From positions 100,382 through 164,381 of the forward strand of contig CAWCKE010000007.1 in NCBI GenBank assembly GCA_963796115.1: a stretch of DNA of 64,000 nt. The letters run 5' to 3'. A program made the position numbers and the translations under genes. The stretch's first letter is position 1. Every line of letters starts with the position of its first letter. The DNA is from an uncultured Acidimicrobiia bacterium. Its GTDB lineage: Bacteria > Actinomycetota > Acidimicrobiia > Spongiisociales > UBA11373. The notes below the pieces were generated by a model, which did not search any database, was not told where the DNA came from, and was given only the letters and a program-made list of their open reading frames with translations. Shown here in pieces: positions 9,704 to 22,224 of this stretch.

Positions 9704-12077
9704 TCTCGCTGCGGTGGCTCCAGGAGTTCGCCGACCTCCCCGACGACGGGGAGGAGATCGCCGAGGCCCTCGCCAACCTGGGTCACGAGGTCGAGGGCAT
9801 CCGGCGGGTCGAGGCTGCCTTCTCCGGGGTGGTCGTCGCCCGGGTGCTGGAGGTGCGCCCCCACCCCCGGGCCGACAAGCTGCGCCTGGTTCGCCTGGAC
9901 ACCGGCTCCGGTGAGCAGGAGGTGGTCTGCGGGGCGTGGAACTTCGAGGCGGGGGCGGTCGTCCCGCTGTCCACCGTGGGCTCGGTGCTCGCCGGGGGCC
10001 TGCGCGTGGGGGAGCGGGAGATCCGGGGGGTGCTCTCGCGGGGGATGATGTGCTCGGAGGCCGAGCTGGGGCTGAGCGAGGAATCCTCGGGCATCCTGGT
10101 TCTGGAGGACGGCTTGGCCCTGGGGTCCGACTTCGCCGCCGCCCTGCCCTACCCCGACGTGCTCTTCGAGGTGACCACCACCTCGAACCGGCCCGACGCC
10201 ATGTCGGTGTACGGGCTGGCCCGCGACCTGGCCGCCCGCTACGGCGTGCCGTTGCGCCGGCCGTCGGCGGACGTCGGTCCCACCGGGGTCCCCACCACCG
10301 GGCGGGCGGTGGTGGAGGACGCCGAGCGCTGCCCGCGGTTCACCGCTCGGGAGGTCCGCGGGCTGACCATCGGCCCGTCGCCGTTGTGGATGCGCCTGCG
10401 CCTGCGCGACGCCGGGGTGCGGCCCATCAGCAACGTGGTGGACGTCACCAACTACGTCATGCTCGAGTTGGGCCAGCCGCTGCACGCCTTCGACCTCGAC
10501 CTGGTGCCCGAGGAGACCCTGGTCGTGCGCCGGGCCCGGCCCAAGGAGCGGCTGACCACCCTCGACGGGGTGGAGCGGCGCCTGAGCACCGAGGACCTGT
10601 TGATCGCCTCGCCGGCCGGCCCGCTGGGGCTGGCGGGGATCATGGGCGGCGAGTCGTCGGAGGTGCGGCCGGAGACCTCGCGGGTCTTCCTGGAAGCGGC
10701 CCACTTCGCCGCCCCCGGCATCCTGTTCAGCGGCAAGCGCCACGGGCTGCGCTCCGAGGCGGGCGTCCGCTTCGAGCGGGGGGTGGATCCGGCCCTGCCG
10801 CCCATCGCCTCCGCCCGGGCGGCCCGGCTGATGGCCGACCTGGCCGGGGGAGAGGTGGCGGGGGGCTTCATCGACTGTTACCCCGTTCCCATCGAGCCCT
10901 GGGTGGTGCCGCTGCCGCGGCACGAGCCGGCCCGCTGCTGGGGGCGGAGCTGGGGGCGGAGCGCATCGAGGACCTGCTCACCCGGCTCGGCTTCACGGTG
11001 TCCGGCGGCGACCCGTGGCAGGTCACGGTGCCCACCTACCGCCCCGACGTCACCCGTCCCGCCGACCTCGTGGAGGAGATCGCCCGGCTCCACGGCTACG
11101 ACGAGTTCCCCTCGCGGCTCCCCAAGGGAGTGGGGGAGGGGCTGCCGGTCTGGGAGCGGCGGCGCCGCCTGGTGCGCCGGGCCCTGGTGGGCGCCGGGTG
11201 CTTCGAGGTGCTCAGCCTCTCCTTCCAGGGCAGGGAGGAGATCGACTTCCTGGGGCTGCCGGAGGGCGACCGGCGCCGCTCGATGGTGCGGATGCGCAAC
11301 CCGCTCAGCGAAGAGCAGGCCTTCCTGCGCACGAGCCTGATACCCGCCCTGCTCCAGTCGCTGCGGGTCAACGCGGCCCGGGGGCGGGGAGATGCCGCGG
11401 TGTTCGAGATGGGGCGGGTGTTCTTCCCATCCGACGGGGACCTGCCCGACCAGCCCCAGCGGGTCACCTACGCCCTCACGGGACGGCTGCCCGGTCCGAG
11501 GTGGGAAGGCGAGGGGCCCGAGCGAGACGCCCGCGACGCGGTGGGGATCTGGGAAGTGCTGGCTGCCGCCCTGCAGCTCGACTACCGCCTCGAGCAGGCG
11601 GCGGAGCCCGGCTTCCACCCGGGGCGCACCGGCCGCGTCTGGGTGGGGGATTCCGTGGTCGGCGTGGTGGGGGAGATCCACCCGGCGGTAGCCGCCCGTT
11701 TCGGGCTGACCGGGCGGGTGGCTCTGGGAGACTTCGACCTGGACGCGCTGATGGGAGGAGTGCCCCCCCGCGCCTTTGCCGCCCCCAGCCCCTACCCGCC
11801 GGTGGTGTTCGACCTCGCCTTCGACCTGGCCGAGGAGGTCCCGGCCGCGGCGCTGCTCGGCGAGGTGCGGGCCGCCGCCGGGCCTTCGCTGGAGCGAGTG
11901 GAGGTGTTCGACCTGTTCCGCGGGCCGCCCCTGGGGGAAGGGCGCAAGAGCCTCGGCGTCCGACTGACGTTCCGCGACGCCGGGCGGACCCTGACCGACG
12001 AGGATCTGGTGCCGGTGCGGGCGCGCATCACCGAGGGGGTGGCCGCCTCCCTGGGCGGGCGGCTGAGAGGAGGCTGA
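9700..12077 (+). CDS. pheT: Phenylalanine--tRNA ligase beta subunit (frameshift near 10940)
   Basis: [49 protein letters not shown]-terminus. Confidence 0.95.
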
Positions 12078-12079
12078 CC

Positions 12080-12982
12080 ATGGACTTTCTGAGCGTCACC
12101 GACCTGGGGCGTGAAGGGCTGGCGCAGGTGTTGGCGACCGCCGCCGCCGTCAAGGCCGATCCCGGCGGGGTCGCCGGCCGCCTCGCCGGCAAGAAGGTGG
12201 GCCTGTTCTTCGAGAAGCCCTCGACCCGTACCCGGGTGTCGTGCGAGGTGGCCGCGGTGGACCTGGGGGCGGTGCCGCTGGTGCTCAAGCAGGACGAGGT
12301 GGGCCTTGGCAAGCGCGAGTCGGTGGCCGACGTCGCCCGCGTCCTGGACCGCTACCTGGACGTGCTCGCCTTCCGGGTCTTCCGCCACCAGGACCTGGTG
12401 ACGGTGGCGGACCACGCAGCCGCTCCGGTGATCAACCTGCTCTCCGACCGGGAGCACCCCTGCCAGGCGTTGGCCGACCTGCAGACTCTGGCGGAGGCAC
12501 GGCCCCTGCCCGGCGCCGTGCTGGCCTTCGTCGGCGACGGCAACAACGTCTGTCACTCCCTGCTGCTGGGGGCGGCCCTGAGCGGAGTGAGCATGCGGGT
12601 CGCCTCCCCTCCGGGCTACGAGCCGGCGGCGGAGATCGTGGAGCAGGCGCGGGCCCTGGCCGATCCCGGGGTCGAGATCCGGGTGGGTCACGAACCGGGG
12701 GAGGCAGTGCGGGGGGCCGACGCCGTCTACACCGACGTCTGGGCCTCCATGGGCCAGGAGGCCGAGGCCGCCCAGCGGCGGCGCCTCTTCGAGCCCTACC
12801 GGGTGGACGCGGCGCTCTTCGCCCTGGCCGACGAGCGCGCCATCTTCCTGCACTGCCTGCCGGCGCATCGCGGGGACGAGGTCACCGACCAGGTCGCCGA
12901 CCACGAGCGCAGCCGCATCTTCGACCAGGCCGAGAATCGCATGCATGCCTTCAAGGCGCTGCTCCTGCACGTGGCAGGGTGA
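12080..12982 (+). CDS. argF: Ornithine carbamoyltransferase
   Basis: KPSTRT, HPCQALAD, YTDVWASMG, HCLPAHRG, FDQAENR. Confidence 0.95.
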   Translation: MDFLSVTDLGREGLAQVLATAAAVKADPGGVAGRLAGKKVGLFFEKPSTRTRVSCEVAAVDLGAVPLVLKQDEVGLGKRESVADVARVLDRYLDVLAFRVFRHQDLVTVADHAAAPVINLLSDREHPCQALADLQTLAEARPLPGAVLAFVGDGNNVCHSLLLGAALSGVSMRVASPPGYEPAAEIVEQARALADPGVEIRVGHEPGEAVRGADAVYTDVWASMGQEAEAAQRRRLFEPYRVDAALFALADERAIFLHCLPAHRGDEVTDQVADHERSRIFDQAENRMHAFKALLLHVAG

Positions 12983-13533
12983 CGGACCTCGGCTCCCTGC
13001 TCGCCGGTGACGTGGTGGCCGCCGCCCGGGGCCTCCTGGGGCGGCGGCTGCGCAGCGAGATCGACGGGGTGGCCTGCGAGGTGGTCCTCACCGAGGTGGA
13101 GGCCTACGGTGGCGCCGACGACCCGGCCAGTCACGCCCACGGCGGCCTCACCGCCCGCAACGCCAGCATGTTCGCTCCGGCCGGCACCCTGTACGTGTAC
13201 CGCTCCTACGGCGTCCACTGGTGCATGAACGCGGTGACCGGCCCGGCCGGACGGGGTTCGGCGGTGCTGCTGCGGGCGGGCCTGGTGCTGGCGGGGGAGC
13301 AGGACATGCGCCGGCGCCGGGGACGGGACGATCACCTCTGCGATGGACCGGGTCGCCTCTCCCAGGCGCTGGGTGTCACCGGGGAGCAGGACGGGACCTC
13401 TCTGTTCGATGGGCCGGTGCGGCTGCTGGCGGTGCCGGCGGCCCGGGGGCGGGTGGAGGCCGGCGCGCGGGTGGGCATCACCCGGGCGGCCGACCGACCC
13501 TGGCGCTTCCGCCTGTTCCTGTCGGGCACCTAG
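12979..13533 (+). CDS. DNA-3-methyladenine glycosylase (Mpg/AAG family)
   Basis: EVEAY..DD.ASH, YVYRSYGVHWCMN, GPGRL, RVGI..PWRF. Confidence 0.92.
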   Translation: MTDLGSLLAGDVVAAARGLLGRRLRSEIDGVACEVVLTEVEAYGGADDPASHAHGGLTARNASMFAPAGTLYVYRSYGVHWCMNAVTGPAGRGSAVLLRAGLVLAGEQDMRRRRGRDDHLCDGPGRLSQALGVTGEQDGTSLFDGPVRLLAVPAARGRVEAGARVGITRAADRPWRFRLFLSGT

Positions 13534-13563
13534 CGACGGACTGCCGTCGGGGGCGTGGCGGCG

Positions 13564-15948
13564 TCAGGGGTTGACCAGGAGGACGACCAGGCCGGACAAC
13601 GGGGCACCGGCTTCAGGGCTCTGCGACCACACCAGCCCCCTGTTGGCGAGGGCGGCCGCCATGTCCGGCTGCGGGGCCACAGAGACTCGGGCGACCAGGC
13701 CGTAGGAGTCGAGGGCGTCGCGTGCCTCCTCGGCGGGGAGGCCGACGACGGCGGGCACGACCGTGCCCGGCTCGGGACCTACGACGGTCAAGGCAACCTC
13801 AGACCCGGCGGCCATCGTGCTCTCAGGGGCGGGGAACTGCACGAGCACCGTGCCGGGGACCCGACCCGGCGCTTCGACCCATTGGGCGGTGGCCTGGTAG
13901 CCCGCCACCTCGAGCCAAATCACCGCCTCGGCCAGATCGCGCCCGGTGACGTCGGGCACGGTCCCGGGTGAGGGGAGGCTGATGCCCTCCGGGTTGTGGA
14001 TGGGGCAGGTCACGGTGGGAACCGCGTCGGGGTGCAGGTGGACGGTGGCCACGTGGCTGCGGGGGCACAGGGGCCCGGCCAGGTATCCCGTGGACAGGTC
14101 GATCTCGACCGAGACCAGGTCCGCGGTGTCGGCGTCGGGGAGGTCCTGGTAGGGGATGCCGGACAGGGCGCCGGTGGCGAAACGTGCCCAGATCTGCGCG
14201 GGCCAGGTCCCTCCGGTGATCGTGTAGGGGGTATGGGGCGCTTCCAGCGGCTTGTCACCCTGGGGGAAGCCCACCCAGACCGCCGCGGCCAGCTCCGCGG
14301 TGTAGCCGACGAACCAGGCGTCGTACTGGCCTTCGCTGGTGCCCGTCTTGCCGGCGACCGGACGGCCGATCTTGGCCTCCTGGCCGGTGCCGCGGCGAAC
14401 CACCTCGGCCAGGGCCGCCGTCACCTGCTCGGCGACCTCGGCGTCGAGCGCTCGCTCGACGGTGGGGACCGCCTCGAAGATCACCCGGCCGGCGGGGTCC
14501 TCGATACGGGTGACGAAGATCGGGTCGATATGCAAGCCTCCGGCGGCGAAAGTGGCGTAGCCGCTGGCCATGTCGAGCACGGTGACCTCCTGGGCCCCGA
14601 GTGCCAGCGACGGGAGAGCCTCCAGGGGAGTGGTGACGCCGGCGGCGGTGGCGACGTCGGCCACCGCCTGGGGATCGACCATCTCCATCAGCCGGGCGTA
14701 GACGACGTTCACCGAGAACACGGTGGCTTCCAGGAGGGTGAGGTCGGGATAGGAGAGGCTGTTGAAGTTCTCCACGTGCCAGGGGCCGCCGGGGGTGGTG
14801 ACGGTGACCGAGCGGCCGCCGGCGAACTCGGTGTCGAGTCCGATGCCGGCAGCGAGGGCGGCGGCGAGGGCGAACGGCTTGAAGGCCGAACCGGGCTGGC
14901 GCTGTCCCAACGTCGCCAGGTTGAACTGGGCGACGGGGTCGGTGGTGTCGTAGTAGTCGGCCCCGCCCACCAGGGCGACCACGTAGCCGGTGCGGGGGTC
15001 CACGGCGGCGAGAGCGGCCGAGGGGCCGTCGTCGGGGAGCACGGACTTCACTGCCGCCTCTGCGGCCACCTGGGCTGCGGGGTCGAGAGTGGTGTAGATC
15101 TTGAGGCCCCCGCCCATGAGCAGGGCGAAGCGCTCCTCCGCGGTTTCCCCCAGAGCGGGCTCGGCCAGCAGACGCCGGCGCACCTCGTCGGTGAAGTAGG
15201 GGAAGAGCGAGCGGTCGGCTGCTCCCGTGGGCAGCAGATCGAGCGGTACCGCAGCAGCGGCGTCGGCTTCGGCCGCCGCCAGCCAGCCGAGCTCGACCAT
15301 CTTGTCGAGCACGGTCTCCCGCCGGGCGAGGGCGGCGTTTGGGTACCGGTATGGGTCGAGCGAGTTCGGGTCGCGGATGAGCGCGGCCAGCAGGGCCGCC
15401 TGATCGAGGGTGAGCGCGGCGGGGGTGACCCCGAAGTAGCGGCGGGCGGCAGCGCCCACCCCGTAGGCGCCGTTGCCGAAGTAGCTGGTGTTCAGGTAGC
15501 GCTCGAGGATCTCCTGCTTGGTCAGGGTCTTCTCGAGCCCGAGGGCCAGCGTGATCTCCTCCATCTTCCTGTCGAGGGTGACCTCGGGAGTGAGCAGGAC
15601 GTTCTTGACGTACTGCTGGGTGATGGTGGAGCCTCCCTGGACGACCTCGCCGGCATCGAGGTTGGCCTGCACCGCCCGGGCCACCGCCCGCACATCGACG
15701 CCCGGGTGCACCCAGAACCGCTGATCCTCGATGGCCACGACTGCGTCTACGAGATAGCGGGGGAGTTGGTCGTAGGTGACCAGGACCCGATCCTCGCCCA
15801 CGTGCCAGTCGGTGAGCGCCGTCCCGTCGGCGGCGTACACCGTACTCGTGAGGCTGCCCGCTCCTATGCCCGGATCCTCGATGGGCTCTACAGCGCAGGC
15901 GGCGGCTACCAGCGCAATCACCAGCACGCCCGCCGCGCGGCGAGGCAT
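13564..15948 (-). CDS. Class A penicillin-binding protein (transglycosylase/transpeptidase) with C-terminal PASTA domains
   Basis: AIEDQRF, QGGSTITQQYVKN, RK..E, GSAFK, SVN and KTGT motifs; two PASTA-like repeats. Confidence 0.93.
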   Translation of the reverse strand: MPRRAAGVLVIALVAAACAVEPIEDPGIGAGSLTSTVYAADGTALTDWHVGEDRVLVTYDQLPRYLVDAVVAIEDQRFWVHPGVDVRAVARAVQANLDAGEVVQGGSTITQQYVKNVLLTPEVTLDRKMEEITLALGLEKTLTKQEILERYLNTSYFGNGAYGVGAAARRYFGVTPAALTLDQAALLAALIRDPNSLDPYRYPNAALARRETVLDKMVELGWLAAAEADAAAAVPLDLLPTGAADRSLFPYFTDEVRRRLLAEPALGETAEERFALLMGGGLKIYTTLDPAAQVAAEAAVKSVLPDDGPSAALAAVDPRTGYVVALVGGADYYDTTDPVAQFNLATLGQRQPGSAFKPFALAAALAAGIGLDTEFAGGRSVTVTTPGGPWHVENFNSLSYPDLTLLEATVFSVNVVYARLMEMVDPQAVADVATAAGVTTPLEALPSLALGAQEVTVLDMASGYATFAAGGLHIDPIFVTRIEDPAGRVIFEAVPTVERALDAEVAEQVTAALAEVVRRGTGQEAKIGRPVAGKTGTSEGQYDAWFVGYTAELAAAVWVGFPQGDKPLEAPHTPYTITGGTWPAQIWARFATGALSGIPYQDLPDADTADLVSVEIDLSTGYLAGPLCPRSHVATVHLHPDAVPTVTCPIHNPEGISLPSPGTVPDVTGRDLAEAVIWLEVAGYQATAQWVEAPGRVPGTVLVQFPAPESTMAAGSEVALTVVGPEPGTVVPAVVGLPAEEARDALDSYGLVARVSVAPQPDMAAALANRGLVWSQSPEAGAPLSGLVVLLVNP

Positions 15949-16035
15949 CTCGGTTTTCCCGGTTGCTTGTTGCGCGCGAAGGGTAGTCGGGAGCGCGCGC
16001 GGCACCGGGGATTTGTCCACAGGGGACTGGGGATA

Positions 16036-17309
16036 TCAGGCGAAGCGGGCCAGGAAGTAGCGCTTCTTGCCCACCCGGAGCACCACCGTGGCCGCCCCGG
16101 CCAGGTCGCCGGTGCCCACCAGGACGGCGGCGTCGGCCATCCGCCGGTTGTTCAGGCTCACCCCGCCCTGTTCCACCAAGCGGCGGGCCTCACCCCGCGA
16201 GCGGGCCGCCCCGCACTCGACGAGCAGGTCCCCCAGGGTGATGCCGGCCTCGAGGCGAGCCCGGGGGAGGTCCACCGAGGGCGCCGACTCGAAGGCGTCG
16301 GCGAGCGTGCGATCGTCGAGGCCGGCGAGAGGCTCGTCGCCGAAGAGCACCTGGGTGGCGCGCTCGGCTGCCTGCAGCCCGGCTTCCCCGTGGACGATGC
16401 GGGTGACCTCGGCGGCCAGCGTGCGCTGCACGTCGCGGGCGGCGGGGTCCCGCCGCTGCTCCGCCTCGAGGGCGGTCGACGTCCTCCAGCGGCAGGAAGG
16501 AGTACGTCCTCAGGAAGCCCGACGGCGTCCTCGTCGGGCACGTTGAGGAACCACTGGTAGAAGGCGTAGGGCGAGGTGAGCTCGGCGTCGAGCCATACCG
16601 CCTCCCCGGTGGACTTGGAGAACTTGCGCCCGTCGGAACGTTCCACCAGGGGCCAGACCAGGCCGTACACCTCGCCGCCGTGCAGGCGGCGAGTGAGGTC
16701 GATGCCGGCGGTGATGTTGCCCCACTGGTCCGAGCCGCCGCCCTGCAACCGGCAGCCGTGGGCTGCGTAGAGGTGAGCGAAGTCGTAGGCCTGGAGCAAC
16801 TGATAGGAGAACTCGGTGAATGAGATGCCGTGCTCGCGTTCCTCCAGGCGGCGGCGCACTGATTCGCGGGCGATCATCGCGTTGACCGAGAAGTGCTTGC
16901 CGACGTCGCGCATGAACTCGATGAAGCCGAAGGAGCCGAGCCACTCGTAGTTGTCCAGCAGCAGGCCGTCCTGCAGGTCGAGGACGCGGGAGAGCTGGGT
17001 GCGGATGCCGTCCAGGTTGCGGCTCAGGCGCTCCTCGTCGAGGAGCTCGCGTTCGTCGTCGCGGAAGGAGGGGTCGCCGATCCGCCCGGTGCCGCCGCCG
17101 GACAGGGCAATTGGGCGATGGCCCAGGCGCTGCAGCCAGGCCATCGCCATCATGCCTTTCAGGTGCCCGATGTGCAGGGAGGGCCCGGTGGGGTCGAAGC
17201 CGACGTAGTAGGTGACCCGCCCGGCAGCGAAGAGGCGCCGGAGGGCGTCCTCGTCGGTGACGGCCTGGAGGAAGCCCCGGCCGCGCAGCACTTCGATGGG
17301 GTCGGTCAT
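16036..17309 (-). CDS. tyrS: Tyrosine--tRNA ligase (frameshifts near 16470-16520)
   Basis: GFDPT..SLHIGH, QGGGSDQWGNI, KFSKS, S4-like C-terminal SRGEARRLVEQGG. Confidence 0.95.
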
Positions 17310-17373
17310 GCGGTGCGACGGTAGCCCGCCGGGAGGCCGCGGCCAACCCGCGCTGGGGCGCCGAGGGCGTGTC

Positions 17374-17402
17374 TTGACGTTGCACCGGGGCCTGGTTACA
17401 GT
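17374..17402 (+). promoter_or_regulatory. rRNA operon promoter
   Basis: TTGACG-17 nt-TACAGT upstream of the 16S leader. Confidence 0.75.
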
Positions 17403-17458
17403 AGCGAGCCGCACCTGAGGCGCGCCCTGAGGCGTGCTCGTAGGTGGTCGGAGTCCCG

Positions 17459-17485
17459 GCTCCTTGACAACTGAACAGTGTGTCA
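17459..17485 (+). promoter_or_regulatory. rrn leader boxA-like element / 5' strand of 16S processing stem
   Basis: GCTCCTTGACAACTGAACAGTGTGTC is complementary to GACACACTGTTCAGTCGTGAGGGAGC in the ITS (about 19256-19282). Confidence 0.75.
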
Positions 17486-17646
17486 AAAGCCAGTTCGAGC
17501 CCGCCGCGAGATGTTTCGGCGTTTCGCGGTTGGTCGTACTCAGAGCACCCCACGCTGGTCGCGGTGGTGTTGTCGCGGGTGCATGGTTTGGCCAGTCGCC
17601 CGCGAGTCAACTCACACAGGGATTCGGGCCTGCGGGCCCAGATCTC

Positions 17647-19177
<1,531 letters not shown>

Positions 19178-19874
19178 CTAAGGAGCTAATGAGGCCTCTG
19201 GCCTCGAGCTTCGAGTCAATCCGACTGGCTACTCGACTCACCGCGAGGTGGGCCGGACACACTGTTCAGTCGTGAGGGAGCGGGGAAGCCCGCTTCTTCC
19301 GGCACCTTGAGAACTGCATAGCGAGCACAAGCGTCTTGGATTCTACCATCAAGCTACTAAGGGTTCACGGTGGATGCCTTGGCGCTGGGAGCCGATGAAG
19401 GACGTGGCAGGCTGCGAAAAGCCTCGGTGAGCCGTCAAGCAGGCATTGATCCGGGGATGTCCGAATGGGGAAACCTGGTCGGGGTAATGCCCGACTACTC
19501 CGGTCTGAACACATAGGACCGGCAGAGGCAACCGGGGGAATTGAAACATCTCAGTACCCCGAGGAACGAAAAGCAACAGCGACTCCCTGAGTAGCGGCGA
19601 GCGAAACGGGATGAGCCTAAACCGGTACGACGTGATAGCCCGGTGGCGTTGTCGTGCCGGGGTCGTGGGACCCACCAGGCGGTACACCGGTGCCGCCAGA
19701 GAGTCACCAACTCGGGTGCTAGCCGAGTCCTCCTGGAAAGGAGAGCCGCAGAAGGTAACAGCCCTGTAGGCGAAAGCGCACCGAGCTCTCAGTGGTGTTC
19801 CCAAGTAGCACGGGGCACGTGAAATCCCGTGTGAATCTGCGAGGACCACCTCGTAAGGCTAAGTACTACCCAGC

Positions 19875-19914
<40 letters not shown>

Positions 19915-20481
19915 CACCCCGGTGAGGGGAGTGAAATAGAACCTGAAACCGTGAACCTACAAGCAGTCGGAGGGCTCCTTCGGGGGCCTGACGGCCTGCC
20001 TTTTGAAGAATGAGCCGGCGAGTTAGCGGTACGTGGCAAGGTTAAGGCGAGAGCCGTAGCCGCAGCGAAAGCGAGTCTGAATAGGGCGTCTAGTCGCGTG
20101 CTCTAGACCCGAAGCCGAGTGATCTATCCATGGGCAGGGTGAACCGAGGGTAAGACCTCGCGAAGGCCCGAACCCACCAGGGTTGAAAACCTGGGGGATG
20201 ACCTGTGGATAGGGGTGAAAGGCCAAGCAAACTCGGCGATAGCTGGTTCTCCCCGAAATAGCTTTAGGGCTAGCGTCGCGTATTTCACCGTGGAGGTAGA
20301 GCACCGATTGGGCTAGGGGGCCTACAAGCTTACCAATCCCAGTCGAACTCCGAATGCCATGGTGTTACAACGCGGCAGTCAGACCATGGGGGATGAGCCT
20401 CATTGGTCGAAAGGGAAACAGCCCAGATCGCCAGCTAAGGTCCCTCAGTCTGGACTAAGTGGGGAACGATGTGGGATTGCT

Positions 20482-20551
<70 letters not shown>

Positions 20552-21479
20552 GTTCTGCGCGGAAGATGTAACGGGGCTCAAGTCCAGCACCGAAGCTGCG
20601 GGATTCCGTCAACAGCTCGGCCTGTGTCCTTCGGGGCACAGGTCCAGGCGGCGGGATCGGTAGGGGAGCTTCGAGCAGCCAGCGAAGCGGCGGCGGAAGC
20701 CAGCCGTGGAGGCTGCTCGAGTGAGAATGCCGGCATGAGTAGCGAATGGGGAGTGAGAATCTCCCCCGCCGAATGTCCAAGGTTTCCTGGGGAAGGCTCG
20801 TCCGCCCAGGGTTAGTCGGGACCTAAGGCGAGGCCGCGAGGCGTAGTCGATGGACGACTGGTTGATATTCCAGTACCACCATGTGCGCGCCACGGCCGAC
20901 CCCGGTCTGCTAAGGGAAGCCCTTCGGGGCCTACCGAACCGGCCGGCATTAGGCCAGCAATGGGGTGACGCGGAAGGGTAAGCAGACCCGGGCGTTGGTT
21001 GACCCGGGGCAAGCGTGTAGGGCGGGGGCCAGGGAAATCCGGACCCCACAAAAGCCTGAGGCGTTATGCCGATCCGCTTTAGGAGAAGCTGCCGAACGCC
21101 CATGCCGCCGAGAAAAGCCTCTAGCGAGTGCACAAGGTGCCCGTACCCCAAACCGACACAGGTGGACAGGTAGAGAATACCAAGGCGAGCGAGAGAACCG
21201 TGGTTAAGGAACTCGGCAAAATCGCCCCGTAACTTCGGGAGAAGGGGCGCCCCGGTAGGGTGAGAGTCTGTACATTCTCGAGCCCGATGGGGCCGCAGTG
21301 ACTCGGCCCAAGCGACTGTTTACTAAAAACACAGGAGCGTGCTAAGTCGCAAGACGACGTATACGCTCTGACGCCTGCCCGGTGCCGGAAGGTCAAGGGG
21401 AGGGGTTAGCCGTTTCGACGGCGAAGCTCTGAACCTAAGCCCCGGTAAACGGCGGCGGTAACTATAACCGTCCTAAGGT

Positions 21480-22177
21480 AATGGCCCTGATCGTGCATCA
21501 GGGTGTTGCCCCTCGCAGCAGCGATGCTGTGAGTGGAGCCGGCCGTATGCTGGGAACCCCGTGCATCCGGCGGTACTCGTCACACTCCGGTCGTATCTTG
21601 ACCGGGTGGACAGTGACAAACCGTCCGGTGCGGACAATCAGCAGGAAAGACCAGGTCTCGAGCAGTGGGTCGTCGGCATCACCGATGGCGAGGGATGCTT
21701 CTCAATCTGCGTCGTGGCTCACCCGGGCTGTGCGCTCGGGTGGCAGGTGCAGCATGAGTACTCGGTGACGCAGGGAGCCGCCTCGATGGCGGCCCTCGAT
21801 CTCATCCGGAGGTTCTTCGGATGTGGTCGCGTCATCTGTAACCCCCGGCATGACGATCACCGGCAGGCGCTGACGCGCTTCTCGGTGAAAGCCCGACGGG
21901 ATCTCCTGGAAAGGGTGATCCCGTTCTTCGATGAGCACCCACTGATCACCGCAAAGCAGCTGGACTACGAGGTGTTTCGCGAGGCGATGGATCTCATCGC
22001 TCGGAGACGACACCTCGAGCCCGCAGGCTTGGCGCAAGTTGCCGCTCTCACTGAGCGGATGAATCGGCGCATGCGATCTCGATACCTGGAATCCTCAGAG
22101 GCCACACGCCGGCCATCTCGGCCCGACGCCGAGACGAAGATATGGTCCTAGCCCTCTGGCGACAGGGGGAGTACTAG
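21480..22177 (+). mobile_element. Group I intron in 23S rRNA at E. coli position 1931
   Basis: Splits CCTAAGGT^AGCGAAATTCC; U before the 5' splice site, terminal G; P (TATGCTGGGAA 21546), Q (AATCAGCAGG 21636), R (TCAGAGGCCACA 22095) and S (AAGATATGGTCC 22137) core elements. Confidence 0.93.
21606..22151 (+). CDS. Intron-encoded single-motif LAGLIDADG homing endonuclease
   Basis: WVVGITDGEGCF motif, SVTQ, FFGCG, VIPFFDEHPLITAKQLDY typical of the family; start uncertain (GTG 21606). Confidence 0.9.
   Translation: MDSDKPSGADNQQERPGLEQWVVGITDGEGCFSICVVAHPGCALGWQVQHEYSVTQGAASMAALDLIRRFFGCGRVICNPRHDDHRQALTRFSVKARRDLLERVIPFFDEHPLITAKQLDYEVFREAMDLIARRRHLEPAGLAQVAALTERMNRRMRSRYLESSEATRRPSRPDAETKIWS

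Positions 22178-22224
<47 letters not shown>

Noticed and set aside
19178-19347. tRNA in the 16S-23S spacer
   Set aside because: The 170-nt spacer is accounted for by processing stems and boxA. No cloverleaf or T-loop motif was found here or elsewhere in the window.
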